60,331 nt of DNA, filler included, from Blastocystis sp. subtype 4 (GCF_000743755.1; 3 parts of 3 records of this genome joined end to end with filler, not necessarily neighbours in it); one strand, 5' to 3'. Counted from the first letter of the whole stretch, positions 24,842 through 36,514 are shown. Notes: a model not told the origin generated them from the letters alone. Program-made: numbers and translations.

Positions 24842-26199
24842 TCATAAATCCTTACTGTCCATGCTGTGGCGACGAATAATCGAATTACCCCATAAAAGAA
24901 TCGCAAATGCTATAAATGAAATACACAAGTCTTTTGGAATAGTCTTCCATCCATAGGTTTGAATAAGGAGATTCACTGGAACACCAGAAAAAACACTTCC
25001 AAAAGGAGACATTAGGCCATTCATGGAGATAATGAAATTAGTATACTTGGTATCAACACTCTCAATAGCGATGAGTTCACTAAATGAGAAGGGGATGTAG
25101 AGAAAGAATCCTAATAGAAGAGATAATGACAAAAAAGATGTTGAAGTTGAACTGGAAGGAAGTGTTATTATGATGATACCAGCGAGAATAGAAGAGAATT
25201 CGCAGATCACAGAACGTGACAAATGATAAGTATCAGAAACCCAACCACACCACAGAGTACCCAAAATACCACCGATTTCTACAAAGCTAATAGCAGATGA
25301 ACTCTGTCTAGAATGATTACAATAATTAGAATAAGATACGGGATAATCTCCTTATTCTGGAGAACTTGTGGAAACAACAATAAACCCCAATCAGTGACAA
25401 CTCGTTGATTTAGAGTGCTCTACAATCAAAGGACCCAAAACTACTTCTACAATAAAAACAGATAGAAGAAGGAGAGTGATGGAGAGAATCTCGGTACATC
25501 GAATCTTCTCTGTTGTTGCTGAGGAAGTCTGCTTACTGATCGGCTTATATTCAATCTATAATCAATATTGATCAACAAGAGGACATCTTCTGAAGTCTCC
25601 GTAGGATAGATGAAGAAGGTGATGAAAGCACACACCAAGACAATCATACCACAAATACAATAAATTTGGTTTGGATTCCCATTCACATACACAGAAATAG
25701 TATTACAGATAATAGTACCCAAGGAACTGCAACAACAGATGATAGACCAGAACAACCCCCTTACTACGAGTGAGCCAACGATGTTATACGTACCACTTTC
25801 AGGAAACCATCGCTTGAAAACAATACAAATAATAGGCCATAACGTTCCCATAAACATGTAATTCACTACCCAAGAGACGAAGAAGAGGTAATAATGTGCT
25901 GAACAGAACATACCACAAAGAAGTGTCAGAATACCTACTATACCAAAGAGGATTGAGTACCATAGAAATAAATGATTCTTCGCAATATGACTTGTTACAA
26001 ACTTACTCAATCCATAGATAATAAAGGCTACCGTATTCATCGATGCATAATTGGATTGGTCAAGAAACCCCTCGTCGATCAGTTTCGGTGCTGCTTCGCC
26101 AAGAGTCCGTCGAACCATATTCCAGGAAGTACATGACAAAAATAAGGGGAAAAGAATCTTTTGAACATAGAATGATGTTGAATGGAGTTGGATCCCCAT
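24842..26199 (-). CDS. MFS transporter, organophosphate:Pi antiporter-like (GlpT/UhpC/SLC37)
   Basis: About 12 hydrophobic segments; motifs IIYGLSKF, KRWFP...RGLFWS and GTLWCGWVSD. Confidence 0.75.
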
Positions 26200-26287
26200 T
26201 GTTTCGTGAGAAAATGAGAGTTGTTCGAATTCTGGAATTCCAATATTCTGAGGTTACAATGAGATCGGTTAGTGGTCAAAGTAATAC

Positions 26288-27311
26288 ATGAATAGTCGAT
26301 ATCGTGGCTGTTTACTTGCTGGAGCTTGTGGAGATGCTTTAGGATATCCAATCGAGTTTTGTAGCCGTAATGCCATTATTCAACAATTTGGAAAGGGTGG
26401 TGTGACGGAAATGATCCTCCATGAAGGAAAGGCATTAATTTCCGATGATACACAGATGTCAATTTACACAGCCCAGGGACTTATCCATGCCAAACGTGGA
26501 AACTGTAATTATGAACAGACAGTAATGGAAATATACAAGTCATATCTTCGATGGTCAGTCCATCAACAGGGAATGTGTTTGCCATCTGGAAATAGTGTGT
26601 ATACTGAAGAGATCCATAAGGATGATTTACTAAGTGAAGGGAAAAACCAGGAATTAGCTGCTAATCGTGCTCCTGGTCGTACCTGCCTAAATTCATTATA
26701 TTCAGGATCTTTCGGAACTCGAAATAATAAAATAAATGATAGCAAGGGTTGTGGTGGTGTCATGCGAGTTGCTCCAATAGCTATTGCTTATGTAAATGAC
26801 TCAAATACAGGATATCAACTGGCATGTGATAGTTCCCTTCTGACCCATTGTCATATTCTTGGATACACTACTTCTGGTGCACTCATTCTAATCCTCATTC
26901 GACTGTTTCACGGGAAAACGATCTACGATGCTGTTGTTGATACAATCCAAGAGTTAAAAGGAAAGTCTGAGTGTTCATCTCTAGTTCCTGTTCTGGAGAA
27001 GGCAGTTGAAACAGCCATGAAACGAGTTGAATCACCTCAGGCTTTTAAGATTCTTGGTGAGGGATGGGTTGCTGAAGAAACTTTAGCAATTGCCATTTGG
27101 GCTGCCTTAATGTATCCAAATGACTTGAAGCAGGCTATTATCGCTTCTGTCAACCATTCCGGTGACAGCGATTCAACAGGTGCTGTTTGTGGTTATATCA
27201 TGGGTGCAGCTCTGGGTGAAGAAGCTATTCCTTCTTCATGGCTTCGGAACCTGGAACTCAAGGACTTAATCTGTTCTCAAGTTGAAGAAATGTGTACTCT
27301 CTTTGGTTGTT
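26288..27311 (+). CDS. ADP-ribosylglycohydrolase (DraG/ARH family), intronless, bacterial-like
   Basis: Motifs GDALG, SDDTQM, RAPGRTC, SKGCGGVMRVAP, GEGWVAEE and NHSGDSDSTGA. The genomic ORF runs to 27409, overlapping the next gene; the probable end is T27311, 4 nt before TTTTTGTT. Confidence 0.9.
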
Positions 27312-27368
27312 CATCTTTTTGTTTTATTCCCGTGATTCTAGTATCATTGTTCTATCACTTCATTGATT

Positions 27369-28951
27369 ATGTTTTCAAAGTTCTTACAAGCGGCAAAGGA
27401 ATCAGCTAGTCAAGTTGTAGAGGCTACATCAAGTGCTCTTAAGGAAGTAAGAGATTCTTTAAATGCTAAGTGAATAGACCGCCCAGTCGCTTCAAACAGT
27501 TACGGAAAATAGTATGAGTATTATGTCTTATGATCATCATAGTTACCGAAAAGACAAATGCCTATTTTCGAGATACAATCGTCAAAGTTCCCGAAGATTG
27601 TACATTCATTACTTCCAACATTATAGGTTGGGTTTGGATTGTTGGATCATAGGTAGCAATGGGATTCCCTGGAAACCCTAAGTCCCGTAAAATGGAAGGC
27701 AAGACAAACAACCGTGAAATTATTGCATCATTTTTGGAGTCTCGTTATCACAAACACTATCGATTGTTCAATTTAACGGAAGAAGTATATGATTCATTAC
27801 TATTTGATTGTAGTGTATACTATGATTCTTTTGCGTGATTTATAGGTTCAAAACTACAACTTTACCGGATATTCGGCTCCTTCCTTGAGTCTACTGTTTC
27901 ACATTTGTCTTGATATCGAGAGTTGGTTAGCAAAAGATTCTGAGAATATTGCTGTTATCCACTGTTTCGTAGTGTTGTTGAATTCTTGTGATCTTTCTAG
28001 GATGGAACAGGACGAACAATGACAGTGTGTACATGCTTCCTTGTTTGGGTTGGATGGTGTAAGAATACAGAAGAAGCATTAGCAATGTGTTTGAATCGAC
28101 GTGGTTTGTCTCCTGATGTGATGTTACCTTCTCAATTACGTTATATTCGCTACTTCGAATCAATTATGCAAGGTACGCATCCAGCAGGTGATTCGTTGCG
28201 GTTGACTCGAATCACTATTCCCGTGGTTCCAGATATGGAGAATGGAAGTTGTTCTCCGTTTATTGAAATCTATAATAAGAATTGCCTTGTATACAGTAGT
28301 TACAGAAAAGGGTCCAGATCACGAGGGACTGTAACTCCTGTGAATGCTTCGGATACTGCAGTTTTTAAATTAGATGTAATGGTACAAGGAGATGTATTCA
28401 TTCGCTGTCGCCATCTTGATGCCTCTTCAACCACTACAATTTTTAGAACTCAATTTCACACTGGTTTTATTCAATTATTTAGAATAGATTCAGATTCAAC
28501 AGAACTTGATGCATCCATTTCGTATTAGTTAATTGTTCCATTTCATCTAGCATCCCAAACAAATTACGTTTTCAATGCGATTTCTTACCAGTTGATACTC
28601 CTTCTACAAATGATAAGGATGATATTGAAAAAGAGTTGTATAAGGAGAATTCTGTTCTTTGGAGTGAGATTCTGCGAAAGAAAGAGGAACGAATGGGAGT
28701 TGGAGAATCAACTGATGTTCCAACTTCAACGGGTGATCCTGTCGAACAGAAATCGGAAGAAATATCTGAGACCCTGTTAGATGGGAAGAATATTAGTGAT
28801 GCTGCTCAGGATTTAGAAACCATGTTGAAAACATATGATCCAGATCTCAATAGTCTGCCTTGAATCATTGAATAATGATTAGTGAATGTTGACGTGTCTG
28901 TAGATGATTTCAATCTTGAGGAATATGAAAATGTGCTTACGAAATGTGAAT
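27369..28951 (+). CDS. PTEN/tensin-type phosphatase + C2 domain protein; stop completed by poly(A)
   Basis: Motifs FITSNII.AMGFP, HYRLFNL, spliced HCFDGTGRT (CX5R), LPSQLRYIRYF and C2 FRTQFHTGFI. Ends ...LTKCE + T28951, 4 nt before TGTTTCTT. Confidence 0.85.
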
Positions 28952-28979
28952 GGAATGTTTCTTTAAGAACAAATAATAT

Positions 28980-31198
28980 TCAATAATCAATTAAGTAGTC
29001 ACTGTTATTCAATACAAGATCTGCCATTCCAAGAGCATCTATCCATTACTCGATTCGTATAAACTGACTTTCTTCTTTCATCGAGTTTACTTCCCGGAAA
29101 GCTGTACTACCCAAGACTTCACAGCCTTTTAACTGAAGATTAGGGATATCTATTGATTACATCCGAACACAAAAAATACTGCAAAACTCAACAGTTCCAA
29201 AACAGCAAAAGTTATCAGAAGATGTGCTGACATCAAATCGAGTTAGATTGTCCAAATCTTCCATTCATCACAATACATATCAATACTCCTCATAATCAGT
29301 TTATTCTTATATACATTCGTCATCCCGACTTGTTCAAATCGATTTGCTGAAGCCATAAAACATCCTCCTTGTAATTGAATAGTGTTTATTGAATTCAAAT
29401 CTAATTAAGAATGTTATAATACGTATACTCTCAATGGTTACTTCATGACAATTCAGAAAGCACAACAAACCAATCTTAAAGGTGGTCAAACTTGGTAGAT
29501 CTAGTTTCAACTCACTACAACCATCTTACCTTGGAATATCACAGTTTCATGGTTATTGAAACAGTAGTCGCCAATATCTAGAGTCGTTAAACTTGGAAGA
29601 TCGGTAAAAGATATCTTTCGGATCCCACCATAGTCTTCGATTCTGCAACTCTGTACACCAATAGTAATTGACTTTAATAATGGTAAATGTGAAACAATCA
29701 AACTGCCTAAGCAAGTACAACTCTCTTTTAAGATTGTTAAGGATTCAAGTACTTCAAAAATAGAAACATCAAATCGTGTATAGTAATGATCTGTACATTC
29801 CATAAGTGTTAGTTGTTGAAGGCTTTTAACCATAATCATATTGTAAGACAACTTATTTAGTTCCGCCCCACTCCTGATAGTTGCTTTCCTTGGTGGTGGA
29901 GATGGTTGCGGTAGAGATCCTTCAAGAGGTTCGTGTTGCGATCCTTTAAGAGGTCTGGTCGATGATGACGGTTGAAGAGGTTTATTGGCAGATAGGGGTT
30001 GAAATCTTGTCGAAGATGACGGTCTGTGAGAAGTAATACCAGTTAAGGATTGTGGAGATCCAGATGAATTTGAGCATACAGGTTTATCAGATCCAGTTGG
30101 TACCACATCCACATTACTATCACTGAACGAATCCTTTTTCACATGAATATTGAAATCAAATTCCTGATTTCTCTCCATAAAATACCGATCTAGAGTGGAT
30201 CGAACCTCTGACGTTAACCACCATTCAGGAGGATCTGCTTTTGGTGTCAAGATATGACAAGAAGAAGATGAAGGTCTCTTCCGAGTAGCTTCCAATGTTC
30301 GAATATCGATCCATATTCCTTTCTTCGTTCGACCATAATCACTCTCAAAACTAATTATATCTTCAATCACTTCACCATATGCATTGAAAAGAACACCTTT
30401 TCCATTAGCATGATTATGGGTCCATGATCCCTTGTAGCGAGGTTGATTATCAATATACAATGTTCCCTCACCCTCATATTCCCCATTTACAAACTGTCCA
30501 CGATAGGTTTCTTTGGAGGACACTAGATGCTTTCCCTTCCCATGACGTGGATATCCAGCTTCGAAACTGTTTAGATACTCTCCTTCATATACTACGTCTC
30601 CATGTTCGTCAAAGATCCTCATTTTTTGAATGTCAAACAATGCTAGTTGCCTCTTATTATCGTAGTCATAAATAGACTGAATGTGACCATCAGCATAAAG
30701 ATAACCAATTCCAGTACGAGACAAATTCCCCTGGTCAAAGTCACCAATAAACTGCAGCATTCCCTTACTTGACACTTCCATCCTCCGTTCATTGAACTGA
30801 AACAAGATACTCGAGAGCTGATCATCATTATAGTAACCGGTGAGTATTTGGCTTCCTTTGTTATAAGTAATACCATATCCTTGTTTCTGATCATTCACAT
30901 AACTACCGCGAAACATAAGATATCCCTCTTCGTCATTAAGAGAACATATACCAGAGCGCTTTCCATCCTGAAGTGATAGTTTTGAGACAACAACATTGTC
31001 TTTCATTAATATAGCTTCTCCACTCGGCACTCCATTATTAAAATAAGATCTCAGAATGTAGGAATCGTTTCCTTTTGAGAGAAACAGTGACCCATCACCT
31101 GATCCAGGTGCACTCTGGTTGTCCCATTCAATTTGGCCACGAACATAGTCAGTAAGGAAGGACGACCTATTGTCTACTGTCCCGACAAATGAAAGCAT
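28980..31198 (-). CDS. MORN-repeat protein with C-terminal leucine-rich repeats
   Basis: Repeated Y.G.(F/W)..G..(H/E)G.G motifs, then LRR-like units (LPLLKSITIG, LPSLTTLDIGDYCF, LPSLTTFKIGLLCF); TGA at 28982-28980 is followed 4 nt later by TATTTGTT. Confidence 0.8.
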
Positions 31199-31491
31199 TT
31201 GTTAATCATTATTCTTGTTATTAGATTTTGCAGATGCGAAAATCCATATGTTCAGGTTAATCAACAAAGAAATGCAATTATATTCAGATTTCGGATGAAC
31301 TAGAGTGATAATCTGAATCAATATTTAGGCATTCATGACGATTCACTGTAAATCAACAATTCCAGTTCTGTAACCGATGTGAGGCAACAGGAAATCATTT
31401 TCAGATGATAGGTATCCAAATTGCTTCTTCGTTGTTGATCTCATTACTATCACGGGAATTAAGCCAAAATGAAACTCTAAGATTTCTTCAA

Positions 31492-32957
31492 ATGAACGGC
31501 ATTCGCGGACTTGTAAGTCTTATTCTATTCTACAGTGTTCTTTCATACGAGGTAAATACTGCACTCTCATTTAGCTCTCCTTTTACACGGTTCAACTACA
31601 ATGGTACATTCTTTGCACTTCTCTTGAATGCTAGGAAATCGTGTGATTGATAATTGGCAATGTGCTGGAGATGCAACCATTAATGAGTTCTTCATCCGAC
31701 TTACACCCGATCGCCAGAGCAAGAATGGATATTGCTGGAGTAAGAAGACGTTTTCAAGTGGAGAATGGGTAACTACGATCAAGTTCCGTATTAGTGGTCA
31801 AGTCGTGATTGTAATAGTCTATCATTGTAGGGAGCAAGTCTTTTTGGCGATGGTTTCTCTGTTTTCTTCACTCAGGACAGTAATCATAAGAGTGTACGTT
31901 TAGAATGGATTCTTGATTCGAAGGGAAAGATGTTTGGAACCAGCGATTTGTTCTACGGTTTCGCTATTGTCTTCTCAACCTTCAAGAATACAGAAGTTGA
32001 CTTTGTAGTGAGGAATAATCTATAGTTTGCTAGATACCACCGTGATATAGCTCTTTATGTTGGTGATGGCAAAACGGGAGCGTATATCCAAGATCAAGAT
32101 CATGCTGGCTGCTATTCAAGATATCGTTTCCACGAAAAGCGACAGGATTTCTCTGTAGCTTTTTTGTTGTTGTTTTCATTCTAGGTCGACAATTATGCTG
32201 TTGTGAAGATAGGTTATTCGGCTCAGACTGGATTTGTTCGTGTTGCTATTGATGAGAATAATTCTGGAAATTTCCATATTTGTCTGAATGAAAAGGTTGA
32301 CCTCTCTCCTTCATGGTGGCAGAAGGCCTATATTGGTATCAGTGCAGCTACAGGACAATTAGCAGATAATCACGATATTTTGGCCGTTGAGACTGTTATG
32401 GGAGTGGGTGATCCGGATCTTGTGACAGTGAGTCCTTTGAAGGAGAATCAGAGTGTGGAGGATCAAAATCCTATGTTGATGAGTGAGTTATTGAAGGAGA
32501 GTGGAGTGGATGAGAATTCATTGACAGATCTGCAGAAAGGATTATTACGTGTGATGGAGCGTGTTGACAAAGAACAGTCTTTGAAAATCAGTAAATTGAA
32601 GAGAGAGTTGGAGCATAGTCTGGTTGGTATGAATGATGAAAGACTTTGATTGTAGCTGTGGATGACTCCTTGAATAATATGATTAAAAAGCTCCAAGAGC
32701 GAGGCGATGTGTCTGAAGGAAGAATCAGTGAATTAGAAGCTTCTTTGAAGAATAAGATGCAGAGTTCGCTGTCTTCCGAGCTTGAGAGTCGTCTGAAGGT
32801 TCTTGAAAAGGTCTTTGATACAAATATCGAGAAAGAAGTCAAGAAGGGTAATACGACTTGGGTGATTCCTTTCGTGATTCTTGTGATTGTCATCGGAGGA
32901 GCGTTGGTTGTGGTATATAATAAATACAGGTATCTACAGAAGGAGCATTTGCTCTAA
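31492..32957 (+). CDS. Legume-like (L-type) lectin cargo receptor, ERGIC-53/VIP36 family
   Basis: Signal peptide; IRLTPDRQSKNG, FRISG...FGDG, GISAATGQLADNHDI; coiled coil; C-terminal TM. Confidence 0.88.
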
Positions 32958-32989
32958 GACTTGGGATTTACTGTTTGTTTGGAATCCGT

Positions 32990-34215
32990 ATGGATAAGCC
33001 CATTAATCAGCTCTATGCAGTTGTTGTGAAAAATGTTTTGTCATCCATCGAAGACAACGAGCTGAATGCTGTATCGGAGTTGATTCGACAGAAGTGGCTA
33101 GAAAACTACAAATCAATTTCAGGATATGAATTGAATCTATCCGATTCAGAGAATACTATGCAAAGAGAACCGCAGAGGGAAGATCCTCCAGTTGTTTATA
33201 TTCTGGTTTGTTAATAACGTTTAGAACCCGATTTCCTCGAATTCTCTATGTCCTTTGCCTACCATCCTCTCATGTAACCTTCAGTCTTTACGTATTCCTG
33301 GAACGATTCACCATCGGTGTCCAGATGTTTTTATTGTACATGTTGCAGGAATCAAATAAATGGTAGTATCATTCCGACTCCCCCGATGGTGATTCAATTC
33401 CTCAAGTATGTGAATTATGAAACTGTACTAATTTGTAGGGAGATGGGCAAGATGATGACTCTGAGGATTCGGAAGAGAGTGATTCAAATCCAGTTCCAGT
33501 TCCTGCGCCTATTATAGTTGTGGGTAAGACTTCAAATTCCAAATCAACTCATTCGTTTGTGTCTCTTCTCAATGCCTATTCAAGGGACACATCAACACAG
33601 AAGAAGTCATCGTTTGTTCCTGTTTCGAAGAAGCAAAAAAATGAAAAATATATATCAGATCCCCTCTCTCGATTGAATCAAATCTCCCTTTCAAATCCCC
33701 AACCTGTTGTCCTTCCTTCTATGCCTTCTAAGAAGCGATCTCATTCTACTTCTCCATCTATTCCAAAGTTAGTAGAGTCCTCTCCAACATCTCAACACCG
33801 ATCCTCGAAGAAACCTTTGTCCAAACATTCATCAACAGTTATGTCTTCACTCATACAACCATCAACGGTGGCCTCTTCACCCAAGCAACCATCAGCAGAT
33901 TTATCTTCAAATAAGTCTGTATCAAAATCTCCTCCGTTGCAGTCTCAGGAAGACCTCCAATTGCGAGTTGATACAGTAGTAAGTCAACGGTCCACAGAAA
34001 TGGTGCAACAACAAATGATGGAGATCGATTCATCAACCCTGATTCTCACTACGCACGAGCGGTAAGATATTTACGTCGTAATTACATATAGAGTTCGGCA
34101 TACTTCATCAAAATGGAGTATTCTATGTCAACAAGGGATCATTCGTACTCATGGAATTGAACATCTATTTGGAAGATGTGTTTGTAGTCTATCTTTTGAA
34201 TCGAATCTTTTCTAA
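32990..34215 (+). CDS. Transcription factor IIA large subunit (alpha/beta)
   Basis: N-terminus LYAVVVKNVL...ELIRQKWLENY and C-terminus TLILTTHERVRHTSSKWSILCQQGIIRTHGIEHLF, separated by a low-complexity linker. Confidence 0.7.
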
Positions 34216-34225
34216 CAAACAAGTA

Positions 34226-36096
34226 TCATCTAGCACGATATCGCTCAAGAATCGCTGAGCGACATTTTATTAAACGCGCAAGTTGGATTCGGAGTGATGA
34301 CCACTTAGTATTCAAATCCTCCAGATCTAAAGATCACTCTCTTTTCCTTTCCATACTCTGAATCTCTTCAGCCACATTCAACTCGATCTGTTGCAATGTC
34401 ACATCACACTCACGGATCTGAGATGACAACGCCGTTAGCTGTCGGGATACACTTCTCAGCCGGAACTCTTCTGGCGAAGCATCTCCATTCAGATTCCTCT
34501 GTACATTCGAATCTAGCTGTGCATTGAATGAAGCAAACAGATCATCATATTGGAGTGTCAACTGACCCTTCTGCTCCTGCAAATACACTAACTTCATCGT
34601 AAATCGCTTCTTTTCCTTCAACGAGGCCAGAATCTCTTCCTTTTCTGTGATAATGGCATCTCGAATCGTTTGAATTCGTTCCAGAATTGTGGTTATGTCT
34701 TCTGTTAATTGAATTCGTTCTCTCTCTTCATTTTCCGGAATTCTAACTCATATCCCTTCTTCATTCCTACAACAGTGGATTTTCATTATCGAATAGTTGC
34801 TGAATCGAAGCGTAGCTATTCGGATTGATCTATATCACATCCCCTGTATGATCGTACTGTCGTCAGAGTCATTAGCACACTAAAGAGTCTTTGAACGTTG
34901 GACTCCTTCACTAAGTCTTCATTACTGATTCGATTCAAAAGGTCAGAAAACGTCACGATTTCACATGCCACAATTTCGGTTTCGTAGAGTCGAAACAGAC
35001 CCACAGCAATACGAAAAAGGCCACAGAACCCATAAGAAAGAAGAAAATCCCAAAGACGAAAGAGACAGGAAAAGGGGATATTCTAGTCATTACTACTGTC
35101 ATCAATTGGAACATCCGAAAACAATGGAATGAACCACCGAGCAACAATGATGGATAAATCAAATCCAATTGAAGAAAGATGAGATACAACAGCAGGACAA
35201 TACTCCCTACATGGCATAAAGTGAATGAGTATACTGTAAATAACACTTGAGAGCATATGAATAGAGAGGCATATCTGGAAAACCATACCCCCATAAACGA
35301 CTTAATTGAAGACGAAAGATCATTCCAGTAATGATGGAATATGTTTCATCTATAATTTGACGCTCATCTAAGAGTAAGATGAATTCTGAAAGAATACTTT
35401 GAATTTGACACGAATTGGGATTGCTCTCCAAATCAGATTCGGAGCAAAAATGAACTAATTGCGGATCTGCAAGAGAGACAATCACTGCACCTGCCACATA
35501 GTTCATTCCCTGACAATATCCAAGATTGAAAAAGTTGTCACTGATCCGCCGAAGGACTACTTCTAACACTTCTTGACCCCGATTTCCAGGATAATGAAAC
35601 AATTTGTGATTATGGAAGGTACGAATCACATCACGACGTATCTCGCCTTCGGTTTACCACTTGGAACAATACCTACCATCAATGCCTTCATCTTTCATTA
35701 ACCGTTCTGGATGAAAGTTAGGGATTGACTTGGAAAGATCCTCAAACGCTAACTCAACACAATTGTCATCATCTGATCTGACATCAACAAAGCCTTCCTG
35801 ACCTAACAGCATGATCGCTTTCCAAAATCTAAACATAACGGTCCCTTCTTATCTTCACATACTTTGTATGAATATCACCATAACGTGGCTTTCTTCGCAC
35901 AATAGACAGAACAGAATCTGAATGTAGTAAACCTACAATGACACTTGATAGAATGAACAAACGATTTCGAATTTTTGTATTCAGACACAAGCAATTCACA
36001 TAGTCACTTCTCTACATATGAATCGGATATTTGATCCTGGACATGCAAGAAGCGTAATGAAAAGGATAGTGCAAGAGTCAGTTCCTCATAATCCAT
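34226..36096 (-). CDS. Rab-GAP TBC-domain protein with C-terminal coiled coil
   Basis: IRRDVIRTF, LGYCQGMNYVAG, IIVARWFIPLFS; TGA at 34228-34226 lies 4 nt before TGTTTGTT; start approximate. Confidence 0.85.
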
Positions 36097-36309
36097 CTAT
36101 ATGAGCGTACACTATCAAAAAACAGCTTCTACCAGAAATGATATACTGTTTACTCTCTGATGAATAATAGATTCAACAAACAGTTAAAGGCAACTACTCA
36201 TACTACAACGCAACCTTTGCCAACATCCACAAAGATCCTACAAACATATTAGAATACTGTTCCAGCATAAATACACCCACAAAGTCATTCAGTTCGAAGT
36301 TAGCTTTCT

Positions 36310-36355
36310 TCAGCGGGTCTCCCCATCTGACGAAACACGGACTTAATTACATCAT
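36310..36355 (-). ncRNA. Miniature box C/D snoRNA, U18/snR18-like guide (shifted register)
   Basis: ATGATGT (C) ... GTCCGTGTTTC (antisense to LSU rRNA GAAACACGGAC) GT CAGA (D') T GGGGAGACCC G CTGA (D). Confidence 0.7.
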
Positions 36356-36385
36356 AAAAATGACTTATCAGACAACAAACACACA

Positions 36386-36431
36386 TCAACGGGTCTCCCC
36401 TCGGACGAAAGATGGATTTGTGGTTCATCAC
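36386..36431 (-). ncRNA. Miniature box C/D snoRNA, snR39/snR59 (SNORD32/51)-like guide
   Basis: GTGATGA (C) ... CCATCTTTCG (antisense to LSU rRNA CGAAAGAUGG) T CCGA (D') GGGGAGACCC G TTGA (D variant). Confidence 0.72.
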
Positions 36432-36471
36432 TTAACAAAGGCAAATAGGTCAGAATAGGTTTGAGGTAGCG

Positions 36472-36514
36472 TCAGTGGGTCTCCCCTCAGAAACACGGAC
36501 CTCAATGTCATCAT
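36472..36514 (-). ncRNA. Miniature box C/D snoRNA, U18/snR18 (SNORD18) homolog
   Basis: ATGATGA (C) ... GGTCCGTGTTT CTGA (D'; same guide + D' as U18) GGGGAGACCC A CTGA (D). Confidence 0.8.

Noticed and set aside
27312..27409. Hydrophobic C-terminal tail on the ADP-ribosylglycohydrolase suggesting a membrane anchor
   Set aside because: Probably read-through of T-rich intergenic DNA past the predicted poly(A)-made stop; it overlaps the next gene's start.
36310..36514. Three spaced copies of GGGTCTCCCC as a possible CRISPR-like array
   Set aside because: The repeat is only ~10 nt, the context is eukaryotic and there are no cas genes. C/D boxes and rRNA-antisense guides explain the units better.
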